A DNA stretch of 64,000 nt from Trypanosoma brucei (lineage: Eukaryota): positions 224,001-288,000 of the forward strand of contig CP000069.1 of assembly GCA_000002445.1 (NCBI GenBank), given 5' to 3'. This document shows positions 32,001-43,495 of this stretch, in pieces. The translations under genes were made by a program, and so were the position numbers. A model generated the notes under the pieces. The model saw only the letters and a list, made by a program, of their open reading frames with translations, did no database searches and had not been told where the DNA came from. Position 1 is the stretch's first letter, and the number at the start of each line of letters is the position of its first letter.

Positions 32001-34221
32001 TGCCCGCATTATTCAACTGCAGGGCCCACGAGTACACAGCTTCGCTGTTACCATTATTGGAAAGTACGACTGTAGAGCGGGCCACAGGCTCCTCGCTAAA
32101 GTTTGAGAAGTGGAGAACCATCTCCTCGCGCGAAAGCGAAACCTCAACAGGAACAGAATCAGCTTGCATTGTAAAGCGGAGCAGGTGCCTACCATTGATC
32201 GTTATTTGCATCACCTGCTGAAGTACCTGAACCACTTGACTACGGAACGTTACATCAAAAACTGCAGAGCGACCGGGGGGGATCACTTGTGCCTGTGGTG
32301 AGAATGACAAATGCTCTTCATCGGTTGGCATCGTGGCTAGCACCGCGGCGCTGGTGGCGTTGTACAAAAAGAACGGTTTTGTGGCGGTGGAGCCGACCGT
32401 TACTCGATGGAATTCCAGGACCTTGACTGGTGCAACAATGCGCAACAGTTCCATGGGCTGAAGCTCCCGCTTGCAGTCGCGACGCTCTGCCGCGTTGCTT
32501 GGCGCTTCCTTATAAACTTTCCGTATAAGTGTCTTCACGTCTAGCGTTACAAGTGGGAGATGATCCCCTGCACCCAGTCCACCCATCTCGCCCGCCGAAC
32601 GCGACCTTCCAATAGGAGCCACGAGTTCTGGCTCTATCGGGCGCAATCCCTCAGCAGGAACCATGCCAAGGTCCACATCGTCCAGATTGGCGTACGTTTC
32701 AGGCGGCGCAGCGGCGACATACGGTTCCGCTACAGGCTCAATGGCCTTCATGGTACGTTCAAAGTCCTGAGGAAGTTTGTCAATGCCACCGATACGCTTT
32801 TGCTGCGGTACAATTTTGGTTGCGACACCCACCACCGTCAGCGGAGTGGTCTCCGTGTTGTTGAATACCACGTTGAAGCGCTCACTAAAGTTGCCAAGAC
32901 GCCGTGGATGGAACGTCAACCGAACAGGGACGCTCTTCGCAGCACTCACGTTGCCTTCGTCAGGAGAAATATGAAAGTGAGCAATCCGAGGGAATTTAAA
33001 GTACAGCGGAGCGTCCTTGTGACCATTGTGAACTTGCAACACGAAGTCCCGGTAGTCATTCATTGCACATTCTCCGAAGTCGACAACGGTTTGCGATAGC
33101 CATGCCACAGTTGTCGTGGACGTTCCAGTAGCGCGCAATGTGTGAGTGTGTTCCGTTTCCACGAATAGTAGTGAGTACAACCACTCAAATGTTTCATTTA
33201 CAGCAGTTTGTTGGTCTCGACGACACGTCCAACCCGTTGCTTTCTCCTTTGACCTCATTGGGGCAAATATGGCGGTTACGTGTTTCTTTTCCCGCGGCCC
33301 CAGTCTTCCTTGTTGCGGGACGAAGCTAAACGGCGGGATATCCTCCGTGTTCCCATCGCTCAATAGCTGGAAAGCAAAGCTCACAGACTGCCTACTATCA
33401 TTTCTCACAATAAGTTCCATCGTTCGCTTTGCACCGACATATGTCTTGGGGAACATCAGTGAGTGCAACTCTTCGCCTGTGTTCGCATTCAGTAATGTTC
33501 CCCTACAGTCTATAACCTCCACTGTTACCGTTACCGTACGGGTCTTAGCCTCACCGTCGACAGTTACAGTGAGAGGAAACTTGTGGCGGCCGACTAACGG
33601 GCTCAGTAACTCAACCATTACATTTCCTTCGCTGAAGGGCCCAACATCGCAGTTCGCCGTCCGGACCCGGAGGGCAGAAGCTGCAGACTCACCTTCAGGA
33701 ACAATATGTACACGCGCCACACGGCGACCGGGGTTGCGAATGGCCAGTGATTGAACTATTCCGCGTGTGTTACGCTCCACAGTACCGAAGTCCAATGTAA
33801 GGGGAAACTCCACATCGGGGAAACACTTCGCGACAAGTGGAATTGTGATGGATTCTTTATCAGTAAACACAACAAAGCTATCTTCATAATCCTGTGATGT
33901 ATGCGTAAAGAACTCAGCCTCGATCACATGTGTGAGCCCGGGTGCAAGCCGTACAGAGTCGGTTTTAATACGAAATACGGTTTGATTGTTTGGATGGGTG
34001 AAGCGAAGTGCACATATTTCGCGCGACAGATTCCGCACTGTGAAGGGAATGACATATACAGTATCCACGTCGAAATTCGCATAGTATCCCTGAGTTGGAT
34101 GAACATGAATAGATCCTTCTGATGAATTGGAAGTGAGAGTCTGTACGGTATGGCTAATTTGTTTGCGCGGAGTAACCCCATTGGACTTTTTTGTGTCACT
34201 AACCGGCTCTTCCGTTGCCAT
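26035..34221 (-). CDS. Giant 2728-aa protein with repeated ASH/MSP-like Ig-fold segments and a central calponin-homology-like region (CFAP47/hydin-like cilia/flagella-associated protein; family assignment tentative)
   Basis: ATG verified at 34221; 8.2-kb uninterrupted ORF. Recurrent ~100-aa beta-rich modules with the V..F.N/G.V pattern typical of ASH domains. The central segment (~aa 1300-1450, ENILLYWATYNLRQCIKKG) resembles a CH domain. Confidence 0.8.
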   Translation of the reverse strand: MATEEPVSDTKKSNGVTPRKQISHTVQTLTSNSSEGSIHVHPTQGYYANFDVDTVYVIPFTVRNLSREICALRFTHPNNQTVFRIKTDSVRLAPGLTHVIEAEFFTHTSQDYEDSFVVFTDKESITIPLVAKCFPDVEFPLTLDFGTVERNTRGIVQSLAIRNPGRRVARVHIVPEGESAASALRVRTANCDVGPFSEGNVMVELLSPLVGRHKFPLTVTVDGEAKTRTVTVTVEVIDCRGTLLNANTGEELHSLMFPKTYVGAKRTMELIVRNDSRQSVSFAFQLLSDGNTEDIPPFSFVPQQGRLGPREKKHVTAIFAPMRSKEKATGWTCRRDQQTAVNETFEWLYSLLFVETEHTHTLRATGTSTTTVAWLSQTVVDFGECAMNDYRDFVLQVHNGHKDAPLYFKFPRIAHFHISPDEGNVSAAKSVPVRLTFHPRRLGNFSERFNVVFNNTETTPLTVVGVATKIVPQQKRIGGIDKLPQDFERTMKAIEPVAEPYVAAAPPETYANLDDVDLGMVPAEGLRPIEPELVAPIGRSRSAGEMGGLGAGDHLPLVTLDVKTLIRKVYKEAPSNAAERRDCKRELQPMELLRIVAPVKVLEFHRVTVGSTATKPFFLYNATSAAVLATMPTDEEHLSFSPQAQVIPPGRSAVFDVTFRSQVVQVLQQVMQITINGRHLLRFTMQADSVPVEVSLSREEMVLHFSNFSEEPVARSTVVLSNNGNSEAVYSWALQLNNAGTGSGKGSGSGPFAIEPMSGTIPPMSKVTAYVSFSPPYGIITASACARLQVERSDGVKTLNITGAVPVTSCAWGKCTTAGGTPVVSPQGKKDWNKHHSATEALIELQKVPAGRGTRASITLHNKGKNVAFFTFDGVPSWLTVSPESGRVGPRESEEISLLVYHEKPEALRTVMNCCVRGIKKPLKLTVSVDVCAALLEVITPHRQNTEAILDFGMVYIGTEKALPVRFKNTSDVDGVILVDLRQHMEFAVECAADVDSAAIHDATVTNNNSTDPPTMLQWCGPGEREPGMASIIIPPCSELGVLFVYRPVSTAEDGGRFFVSWRHVGTDIKNPLVPLVIIAQALQSRVAVTPRFLKFPCTVVDSPSVPATVTIKNTSSVSVHWRLQPIRNNEDSPTAEGRTPLSPVSSRVSSFVMSISGGVLAPHASEQVSVTFVPDGVGNWRELYGIYVDGDLLRHCADLSMSGFAALPRLLCDVEELAFPPIPLNITVRRRIIITNDGFDHINLSYHTIDSGPLTITFPNGTSTGLMGRIPVEIEFCSQWPVSAVSSIKFSSNKGETLTLPFRGAAINSFLTNAPYVIQNANISKIASSRGDEEWKEPLIYREIDSWQLAADGGGHKVRKVGGETQYVRSNSVKPIPPRYLEPIAPEFYVRCEESLRLWLNYNVFLEPVANLVTALQLSDGRLLLDAARRMGVKKQSRAPDSSESTTSRTLVTLESLMSLLKLNGGCLSEVQIIYLMTYEAYCRHQKEVNAEAIPLANFTERSTHCWTVVVLQFIRVVYFAKLRIDSMLAQYPSLGKYMPVEELQAGSLSTAIYGSNVFSGMENILLYWATYNLRQCIKKGMLKDTRAPIRRFEDLRDCVAVAACIFVFVPSAAAYVSADRFVPETVTQSDLENNISLLTNALVYVGFPSSFSSVEQILQYGPLDWLLLLSTLFHYLPRFIPTGTIVLKGKLLSPATHTIEVKNTSNTVRVYTVEMSNCSFRAVPREFTVDPGGTFQLQLEVTLRFNRRLEGECVLVDSAQNLVKERMPLVFHLVALPSEEPLRTVHLQAPLYTVVHQEICVENPFAQNYVATLRLSQEYKNDGGYSEGEFGKLQQGAFYISAGVVSFNVGEPTKVSVQFAPCARGQYEAQVTFHDVQLGEFSIVLIGTCIPPKPIEKFVTRAEVGEACNNTVMLKLHNQQFERMMNTVEDCNRFPSSRVVKGPSMPELTNIPYSVTFVNESFVGPSPFFIGPESIFFTRGDQMLELQFSFCPKVVGDYNGYIILASKYDVRTILLHGKGIPVGEKSILRFSCPARQSIVQRVPIVNNTKESWLITATIEGDCFSGQKEVRIPRGKSREYLLRYNPAWVSSDTGTLTLHNRETGERRTFMLYGESVEPLCEDVITVECRAREKRIETLTIPDINNMDGNYTVETDLPFATGKPTVLVRRGTNAKYDLILHPLMGGTFNGTVVCRAPNGHFAWYGITIIVSAPEKEGTLNICTDTRTPVTAYVSIQNPMDKTIDFTVGRYGVGLFGENSILVEPSEPSVYSLLFLPSRTGKFPGRLTFFNKEVGEFWYELDIVVEDAAPEEVAFSSEIGVPQTVQVRIPNNTPNELPLCVTNTNHDNFSVVPSNPRVPPYSELTIDIVYKPTAIGRPQEAMIKLLNLDSAEWCYHCRGVGHAPAEFAPVECVCEALGRVSVVLKFKNPFSVPMMPDVEVKCEEMNYYSAAAQSLPGTPIAPATEASIVVMYEPKTVGRHNATVLVKPKFLSEEVQDMTWVFPLKGLAEWRSHDQPLRFRCVARKKVEETVELVAPGMTAANLSNVTITLDLERGQQYASAVRNSLFFKVHPTVEVEGMLKLDIRFVPLRPFVAMADLVVRAEKESVWRYSIVLEASRADVDDTLVVKSTLRAVSTITFDIYNIYPHSSPFTAYFTPDSSRDFSVGVPQGVLPPFIIGQRNANAATTMQVLFSPTARLPQPEGTLIIDTEEMQWIYKVIGKVSGRPIHP

Positions 34222-35369
34222 GATGTTTCAAAATAAGATTTTCCACGCACTGACTAATTTTCCCTCTCCTTTTTTTTCTTCAAAATAAAAAAAATAAAAA
34301 AATTTTTCCTTAGAGCACCTTCTGTTTTTTGAGCTTTTTTCTTTTTTTTGCCACACCCCAGAGACAAACAAACCCGAATATATTTCCTCTTTGTTACCCT
34401 TTGGTGACTTGTGTTCGCTTTTCACTCTACAAATATACACTTCTTTTTTTTTTTTGTGTGTGGATTCCTTCTTATATATTGTCAGTGTTATTTTAATTCT
34501 CCTTTCCCTTCAAGTGGGCGTGCAGGACCTCTCCCGTTAGTGAAGTCCTCCTCACCACCACTTGAAAGCACAGATAACAACCGTAATTGGAGGAGGATAA
34601 AGAGGGAGGAAAAATAAAAAATAAAAAAACAAAAGGAAAAAGAATTATTTTGAAGCCATATAAGGGTGAACTCCAACCGGATTTGATCCAGCTTCACAGA
34701 AGTTATGAAAATCTTAAAGGAAAAACAACAACAACAACAACAACATTAAAGGACCGGAATTGGGGTTGCGATGACAACGCCAGTAACCAAGCAAAGGTTA
34801 CCGCACAAAGAAGAGAGAAGGGAAGAGGAAGGTGGCGTGTGTGCGAGCAAGAAAACTTCTCTCTTATTGTCCTCTTTCTTTTTAGTTGTTAATTTTTAGT
34901 CTTATCATTATTGTTACTCGGAACGCCTGTTACTTTTCTCTCCCATTCTCGCACAAATGGGAGATGTCCAAACACATCGTCACACCTTACCGCTATTACC
35001 TATTCGCTTAAGTTTTGTCCCTCTTCAACATGCAAGAAGGAAAAGAAAGGGTCAGAGCTATAATTCTCGCTCAAAACACATTCCTTAATGTAGCACCTTT
35101 CTTTTTTTTTTTTTTGCAAGGGTCTCAACATAAATGTTTCTCCATTCATTTGCAGCTCACTTGCACTCTTTTCCCCTACTTCTTTCCTTCCTTCCTTCTT
35201 TCCTGTACTCACTGCTCAAAGCTGCTCCTTTTTTTTTCCTTTTTCTTTTTGTGATTTCAATATCCTTCATACCGTGTTCTGTTTCAACCATCAAACACAC
35301 ATCGAAATGCAAAAGGCAGTAAACAAAACATTTTTTTTTGTTGTTCGTTTTTTCCCACCCCCCGCCGAT

Positions 35370-37562
35370 TTATCGGCAGCGCAGCGGAAAGACATCAATT
35401 TGAATATCCCGCGATGTTGTGATCGCATGCGCCACGCGGTCCCTAATCATTGCCTCCTTTCGGCGACTTTCATCAGTGCGTGGGGGGGCGAGGTGTGCGG
35501 TAATGGTGCCGAGGGATGGTGCCGCCGTGACAAGAGCCCACCGCGCATAACTTGTGAGTACTGCAATGCAATCCACAATTGTGAGTTCCGCTTCCACTTC
35601 TTCACGAGTAACCGCATTGCCATCCTGGCGGTTGTGGTTTGCAGCTTGTCTAAAACTATCGCTTTTGCCCGCGACAGTACATGAGGAATTGGGTGTGAGG
35701 GCTGCCATAAGTGTAATATCTGCTACCGCACACAGCACTTCAACAGCACCGAGTGCACCAGCGGAAAGGGCGTCTAGAGCTGAGTTTAACAGCGCTGCAC
35801 CAAAGAGTTTAGCCTCTCGCCTAGCATTGCTTTTGTAGTTGCCGTCTCCACTTTTGTTGAAATGAGATCGTGTGGGACCGCCCCACTCGAGTAGTCGCAA
35901 ACCTCCAGCAGCAAGCGCCGGCTTCACAGCAAGCAGTGCGGCGACGCTCAGACGAACACTCGGGTTTTCCACGTGCAAGGCAAGTAAAATAGTGACAGGA
36001 TGAAGGGATTGAGCGATGGCAATGTAACGCAGCAGTTGCTTGTAGTACACCTTCATTTTTGAATTCGCCTGAATGCTATCGAGGACATCGTGATTGTACA
36101 CCCCATTCTTCTGCGATACGTAACGGCAGTCACGGACGATGAGGGTGGGCGGTCCCTTCACGGTACCCTGTAAGAAATTTATCACCTCACGCAGCTCCTG
36201 CTGGTGCTCTTCTTCCTCACTCTCATCCACTTTCCGTTGCTGCTGCTTCAGTAACCATGCATAAAGCGATTCTTCACCTCCAGTTTGGGTATGCCCGCTA
36301 AATGTAACGGAATCTTTGCTTGACTTGGCTCCTCCCTTGTTTGCGCTATCATCAGTGCACACCATCGCGACCGCCTTTCCATACAACACACATACCGTAG
36401 ACCCCACGGCTGTGAGACATGTGTGGACATCTTCTCCTTCTCCTTCTCCTTCCTCTTCCTCTTCCTTTTTCTTTTTCTTCTGGTCATCATGGTTGCCATT
36501 TCCACTTGCTTGTCGTCCCTTCAGGGAGGGCAAACGCACTTCGCGGCCGGCGTCGGCTGCCATTAAATTTTTAATTATAAGCGCACCATCTTCGTTAGCG
36601 GTGGTGAGGGCCCACGCTTCTCCAGCGGTAGTGTACGTCAAGTCCATTGCTTTTGGTGGAACCGTTATGTTTTCTGCAGTAAGGGACATGGACTCTAGGG
36701 AAAGTGCCAAGGTGGTCCCACTTGTCTTTCCCTTCTTACCTTTGAAAACAACAATCAACTGCCGCAGCGACCAATTAAAGGCGCAACAGAAAAACTTTCC
36801 TGCATCTGGTGAGACTTTCAAGCCCCCAACTTTGGTACGCTTCAGTTGCACAGCTCGTGTGTCGGAGACCGCCAACAAAACCGCCTCCAGCTTCCGTTCC
36901 TTCCTGTCAAATGAGGCCACGCAAATGTAGCGGTCGCCTTCATCTACAATACTTGTTGGGTGAGATGCTCCCATGAAATACCACAAATTATCAGCGCTAA
37001 CATCGTTTGACGGCGTTGTCGTCGATATCGATTTTCCCTGTGGGAGTGCTGTGCGACCGATAAGCGGCAATTTCTCCTCCCCGGGATTACTTGCCGGATC
37101 AAGGGCAAAAAACAATGCCTCTGCACCGGTGCGGACTACCAACGTTGTGCCGAAGAATACCGCCATTTCTTCAATACCATCCAAACCCTTTACAGCGGGG
37201 TCAAAAACACTTTCCTCACCCTTTTTTCCCTTTTTTGTTTTGCCATCAACACGTTTTTGTTGAGGCATGTCACCGAAACTGCAACTGCGGAAGCGTACGA
37301 GCCCCGATTGCTCGTAAAACACACCACAACGCTCCAGTGAGGCTCCAGGCGGGTGCCATGGCGCACAACAGCCCCAATGGGAGGACAACTCAACACTATG
37401 AAAACCTTTAGGTGCCGTTACTGTTGCCGTTGCCGTTACCGCGTTAAATAATTGCGAGAGCGGAAAGAAATAAATGGCACTCGGACCATACGCCGCCATC
37501 ACAGCAGCGTCTAGCGGTAAAAGACACTCACATGTTGTGGGTAGTTGTAACAACTCCATCAT
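35370..37562 (-). CDS. Hypothetical protein, 730 aa from first ATG; N-terminal beta-rich (propeller-like) half, acidic linker (KKKKKEEEEEGEGEGE), Ala/Leu-rich helical C-terminal half
   Basis: The track start at 37574 is GTG. In-frame ATG-ATG was verified at 37557..37562. Confidence 0.75.
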   Translation of the reverse strand: MMELLQLPTTCECLLPLDAAVMAAYGPSAIYFFPLSQLFNAVTATATVTAPKGFHSVELSSHWGCCAPWHPPGASLERCGVFYEQSGLVRFRSCSFGDMPQQKRVDGKTKKGKKGEESVFDPAVKGLDGIEEMAVFFGTTLVVRTGAEALFFALDPASNPGEEKLPLIGRTALPQGKSISTTTPSNDVSADNLWYFMGASHPTSIVDEGDRYICVASFDRKERKLEAVLLAVSDTRAVQLKRTKVGGLKVSPDAGKFFCCAFNWSLRQLIVVFKGKKGKTSGTTLALSLESMSLTAENITVPPKAMDLTYTTAGEAWALTTANEDGALIIKNLMAADAGREVRLPSLKGRQASGNGNHDDQKKKKKEEEEEGEGEGEDVHTCLTAVGSTVCVLYGKAVAMVCTDDSANKGGAKSSKDSVTFSGHTQTGGEESLYAWLLKQQQRKVDESEEEEHQQELREVINFLQGTVKGPPTLIVRDCRYVSQKNGVYNHDVLDSIQANSKMKVYYKQLLRYIAIAQSLHPVTILLALHVENPSVRLSVAALLAVKPALAAGGLRLLEWGGPTRSHFNKSGDGNYKSNARREAKLFGAALLNSALDALSAGALGAVEVLCAVADITLMAALTPNSSCTVAGKSDSFRQAANHNRQDGNAVTREEVEAELTIVDCIAVLTSYARWALVTAAPSLGTITAHLAPPRTDESRRKEAMIRDRVAHAITTSRDIQIDVFPLRCR

Positions 37563-38765
37563 GTGTCGCTTCACTTAATAGGTGACAATATACATTTTAT
37601 TTATATTTGTGTAGATTCATGTGCGATGGAGTTGTTGTTTTTTTTTTTTAAAGAAAAAAGAGTGAAAAGAGGAAAGGAAGAGTTTGTAGTGTGTGGGAAA
37701 AGTAGAGGAGAATGAAAAAAAAAACACGGAGAACATAAAGCAACATAATACCATATGTAAGCCCACACATTACCATCGCGCAAGGTTCAAGTATTGGAAG
37801 GAGGGGGGGGGGGGAAACAAAAAAAGCAGGTGCACGGGAAAACCAAACCAAACCAAATCAAACCAAATCAAAAAAAAAAAAAACACCCCAAAACGAAAAA
37901 TGTTGATAATCGTGGCGACTGGACGGAAGAAGCGAAACCAAAGCGCACATGCACACACAAAAGGGGGGAAAAAAATACGTAAACAAACGTTGATTTTACT
38001 TACTCCGTGTTTTATCTTTATCTTTTCTTCTTTTTTTTTAAAAAAAAAAGCAAATACGAAAAGGGAAAAGTAAAATGTGCTCGTTGGAGTAACATTGACA
38101 ACAGCACTAACAAATAGGAGGAAAAGATATGATAATAAAGAGGGAGGGGGAAAAAAACAACAACAGGAATTCTCACTTGTTACTTAATAATTATCTTCAT
38201 TATTACTTTCTGTTCTTATTATTTTTCTTTTCTGTTCTCTTTCTCTCTCTCTCTCTCTCTCTTCATGCCTATCTCTTCTTCCCTTTTTTCTTTCCTTATT
38301 CCTGCGACCGTCTGTCTACTTCACTATTAAAAAGTTTTCTTTTCTTTTCTTTTTTTTTTTCCCCCCTCCTGTTCCCATTCCCATCTTGTCTTCATTTGCC
38401 ATTGCTTCTTTCTTTCTTTCGCTTCTTTTATTTTTTTTTCTTCTTTCGTTGAATTGTTCGTCCGCATATGTTGCCGGCGCCACCTTGCTGTTAGTTTCAG
38501 TTTTGGTTTCTCCCAAATTAAATCCCGTGCGCCTTAAAACTTTTTCCTCATCCATTCTTTTTTTCCCTTTTTCCCTTTTTCTCTTTTTTTTTTTTAAAAT
38601 AAAAACTTCTATCGTGCCAACACAAAGTACATATGATTATATTTACACAAATATTGACAACTACAAAATGCCAAATGAGCAACAAAACACACAAAGAAAC
38701 TCACAAGCGGGGAGGGGGAGGGGCGCACGGCTCATTTTTCTCACTTTTTTTTTTTAAAAAGAAAA

Positions 38766-38798
<33 letters not shown>

Positions 38799-41700
38799 TT
38801 GTGTTCAGCTCGCAATGACAATGATAATCATGACGATGCTCACCATAATAATGTTTTAAATTACAATAACAATAGCAGTAACGGTACCATTGTTAATGTA
38901 ATTGTTTCTGTTTCTCATCGTATCGCCTGACATGATGAAGGGCGTGAAATAATCACAACTCAAAAAGGGATCAAAATCAAATATTTAAAGCAATAAACCA
39001 CCAACCACCAACCCCAATGACAACACTAATAATAATAATAATAATAATAATGTGCGTGCATATAAGTATGAATTGTATGCATAACATTTGTAAGTGTGTG
39101 AAATATGTAATTGTGATTACTGTCATTTGGTTTCCACCTGTCTTTCATATAATAATAATAATTATTATTATTATTACCATCATTATTATTATTATTATCA
39201 AATATTTTCTGTTCCCGTTTCCCTTCCACCACAATACAAAAGATTATGGCAGAAAAACCAAAAAGAAAGAAAAAAAAAAGAAAGAAAGAAAAAGAAGGAA
39301 AACTTAAGTGTAAATGGATAAGTAAGTAAGTAAGAAGGAAAAAAAAAAGGAAAGAAAAAAAAAAAGAAAGAACTCGACAAGACAAGAAGACAGAAAAAGA
39401 ATGAAAAAACAAAAAAAGGAATATTCAAAACCATCCGGAGAATCCGATGGACGCTTCGCAGAAAACGAACAAGAAGAAAAGAACAAAAAGAAAAAGGGGA
39501 GGGGAAAAAAAAAACAACAACAACAAAGAACAATGCACAAATAAGAAACCAAAAATAAAAAAATTACAAAAAAAAAAAAGAAACCAAATACCCCCACGTG
39601 AAGTTGAGGCATTTAAAACTAAAATACACACAGCCATACGCATAAAAAAAAAAAGAAAGGAAAGAAAAAATGGAATCAGCACAAAAATAAATTCAACAAC
39701 AACAGCAGCAAAAACGCTAAGAAATGTTCGCACAAACATAAACAAAAACATAAACATTTATAAATATATATAAATAAATGTGTGTATTTTGTTGTTATGA
39801 AAGGCCAGCACCGCCACTTCATAATTTTCACGCGGCTGACGAGGCACACAAAATACAACAAATTTGCGCTCCCGACTTTCTTTTTCTTTTTTTCTTTTTT
39901 AAAAAAAGAACTTAAACTTGTCTTTATTTTTTTTTTTCCCCTCTCTCTGTCATTGTTCCACACACATATTTTCTTCTCTTTTCCCTTTTTTAAATTTAAT
40001 TTTCCCACATCCCGAAGATAAACACAACACAACACAACACAACAAACAAATGCATATGATTTCATTCATCACTGCATTTGTTTATTTTTATTTTTATTTT
40101 CCACTCGTAATGGTGCGCATCCAATGAAGTTTCCCCTTCTTTTTTTCTCTTCTCTTTTCTTTTCTTTTCTTTTCTTTTTGTTTGTTTGTTTGTTTCCCCA
40201 TTCAGAACAATAATAGTAATAATAATAAAGGGGGAGAAGTAATAAAATAAATGGCAGCAGAAACGAGATTCGTAACAAAACCACCACCACCACCTCCACT
40301 TCGAAGTAAAATGAAATGATTATGTTCTTGGAGACACGGAAAAAAGAAAAAAAAAGAACTTGAAGTGTGACATGACATGACATGACGTGACGGCGAGTGT
40401 GTTTTATATATTTTTTAAATTTTATTTTATTTCATTCACTTTTTAGTAATTTTATTTGTGTTGTTTGCTTTCTTTTTATTTTTTTCTTTCAAGAGAAAAA
40501 AAAAGTGTTTTGTGAGTGAAGGAAAAAAAAAAAAGAAAAAAAAAGGAGGGGTGTGTGTGTGGGAGAGTTGGAAATTAAAAAACAAGCACAAAAATAAAAG
40601 AGTAATTTAAATAAAACAAAATCATATGTTTTTGTTTTATTTGGTTCTGCATGTTGTTGTTGCCCTCACTTGACTTTTGATTTTTTTTCCTTTTAAAAAT
40701 ATAATTTCCTTCGCTTTTTGTGCTTTTTTCCCCCCCTTTTTTTTTCCACCCACTCCTCAATTTAATAATTTAATTTGCCTTCACCCAACGACACGAAACG
40801 AAAGAAAATATTTTTTTTTTAAAAAAAAGCACAAAAACAACAATAAAATTAAATAAAAGATGAAAGCAAGAATAAAACACAAACACGCACATGCACACGC
40901 ACATGCACAAACAAAAAGGAAGAAGGATTAGTCGTAGGAAAATATAAATATAAATAATTTTTATATAATTTCATGTAAAGGTATGATGAGACCGAGCATT
41001 TCAAACAAAACAAAAAACAAAGCTCTATTCTCTCTTCTTTTTTTTTTAAAAAAAAAATTATTTCATTTTATTTTCCCATTGAACAAAATAAAACAACAAA
41101 AGTAAATTAAATACAAAAACAAAATAAAACGAAGCTAAACGAAATGAAACGGAAAGGACAACGATGAAGAGATATGGAATGAGGAGGGAAGGAGGGATTA
41201 GTGTAAAACAAAGTAACAAACAAACAACCAACAAAAAAGAAAAAAAAAAAAAGGACAAAATCAAATAAAACAAAAAAGAGGGGGAAAAAGATACGATCAA
41301 TTGCAAAACGGACGAGCAAATACAAGATAGAAGAGAGAAAGAAAAAGAAACAAAACTAAACAAATTTTCTTTCTTTCTTCTTTCTTCTTCTTTAAAAAAA
41401 AAACACACACACACACATACACATACGCATTTATCATATAAATACATGTATACATATAAATATATATATATATAAATATATATAAACATATATACAAAAA
41501 TATGCAACAAGAACAATAAAGAATGCGTAAAATGGAAAAACGCCCTTCACACATCTCAATGCATATCAGTAGAAGCTCTCACAATCATGTAAGTATATGT
41601 GAACATAAATAAATATATTTATATATAATAAAGATGTGTGTGTACATGTGTATGTGTGCGGAGATAAGCTCGCGATTCCCAATCGTGGCTTGAAGAAACT

Positions 41701-42031
41701 GAAAGTATAGGAAGAAGTAAACGCAAAAAAAAAAAGAAAAAATCCAACAACTAAAATCAAAAAGTAAAAACGAAAACACCACCACCGCCACCAACGTAAA
41801 ATGCCGTTGGGAAATTAATATAATTCACGCGACAACGAGTAATTGAATGGCCACGACACGACACGACAAGACAAGAGAAGAGAAGAGGAGAAAAAGGATA
41901 AACTTAACAGAGAAAAAGAAGGGGGGGGGGAAAAAAAGAAAATAAAATAAAAAGAAAGAACAACAACAACAGCGTTACGACAAAATCATCATCAAAGGGG
42001 AAGGAAGGCATTGACCGAGTGCATACAAACG

Positions 42032-42033
<2 letters not shown>

Positions 42034-42072
<39 letters not shown>

Positions 42073-42095
42073 GTATATATGCATGTATATGTGTG
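42034..42095. repeat. Compound (CA)14(TA)n microsatellite
   Basis: Direct reading. Confidence 0.95.
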
Positions 42096-43495
42096 ATCTC
42101 TGTTTGTGCTTCCTTTGAAAAGGCTAAATAAATAAACATTTGAGTGGGTTGTCTCTTTTTCCTTTTTCTCTCTTTCTCTTTTACTTTTACCCCCTTCTTC
42201 CCTCTTTTGTGTGTGGGATTTCTTACAGCAATGCTGCGCAACATAAGTTCCTTTCAACTACTTCCCGTTATCATAAGTCCTTTCCCTTTCAATTAATCAG
42301 TAAGTCACATATACATATACAAAAGGTGCATGCACAAAGTCATTCACACTTGCTTTTTTTCTTTTCTTTCCTCTTGTGTCGTTTCTCTCTCTCTCTCGCT
42401 TTTTCTCTATTTCTCCTCTTTTTTTCGTTTTTCGCTTCCCCTTCTCCCACAAAAGCGTGTGAAAACAAAAACAAACAGTTTACCACCGCCATCATCGTTA
42501 GCGGCATTGAAATTTAGAGAATTATTACTTTTATTATGGTAAATTTGGCCATACAAATAAATGCACGTTTATGCATATATATATAAGGCGGTAGATTAGG
42601 AGGAGGCATCAATTGATACATGCAGCAGACATAAATAAATATATACAAACAACCACAATCATATACACACATATATACATATATGTATACATGTATACGT
42701 GCATTAAAAACCACAATCATGAAACAAAAAGTAGAGAATATAAGGGGGAGAAAGGGGTAACGACACCAGACGTGATGATGATAATAATAATTAGTGTGCA
42801 TCAAGGAGGGCATGGAAGAAGTGGGGGCAGAAGTATTTGTGTACATGTACGTGTGCATACGTTATATAAATATATATATACATATGCATGCATGCATGTA
42901 ATGGGAATTGAATAATAGTAACAAGAAAAAAAGATAACTACTGTGCGGAAGCAACAAATGTACAAACGTACTGCCACACATATACGCACACATACATGTA
43001 CAAAACTGTGCATTTCCCCTTTCTTGCACCTCCGTGTTTGGCATGTTACCATTACTGTTGTTATTGACGTACGCCTCAGTGAACATTTGCTGGCCCCTTT
43101 CACTCTTTTAAAATAGCGTAAAAGAAAAAAGGAAGCCCCCTCCATTTCTTTCTTTCATTCTTTCTCTGTGTTTCATCTGACTTGCACTTCGAGACATATT
43201 TCCATCTACTAGGATATATGAATGTACTGCACCGGAAGTGTACGTAATGGTGATATCCACACATAAGGGACTCTCAACGCCGCCTCTCTCCACCTTCCCC
43301 ACACCTCCATTAGTTGCGTTTCTGATAATCCTTCTTGCCTAATATATCAGGCGTTTATGATTACTATTATTATTATCATCATCATCATCGTCACCAATAC
43401 ATTTTCTTTCTTTTGCCCTACATTTTCTGTATCACATGGATCTACCCCCCTCTTTTCTTTCCCTTCTTCCTCACTGACAGCTTTCGTATCCTCCT

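Noticed and set aside
37600-43490. Dozens of 60-150-aa ORFs (F/L/K/N-rich) in the purine-rich spacers (e.g. 39026-39412, 41058-41516, 41904-42257, 42514-42858) and similar ones at 19.4-21.6 kb, 45.7-49.3 kb and 60.5-64 kb
   Set aside because: Low-complexity translations of homopurine/homopyrimidine and microsatellite DNA. They overlap each other on both strands and lack any domain-like segment.
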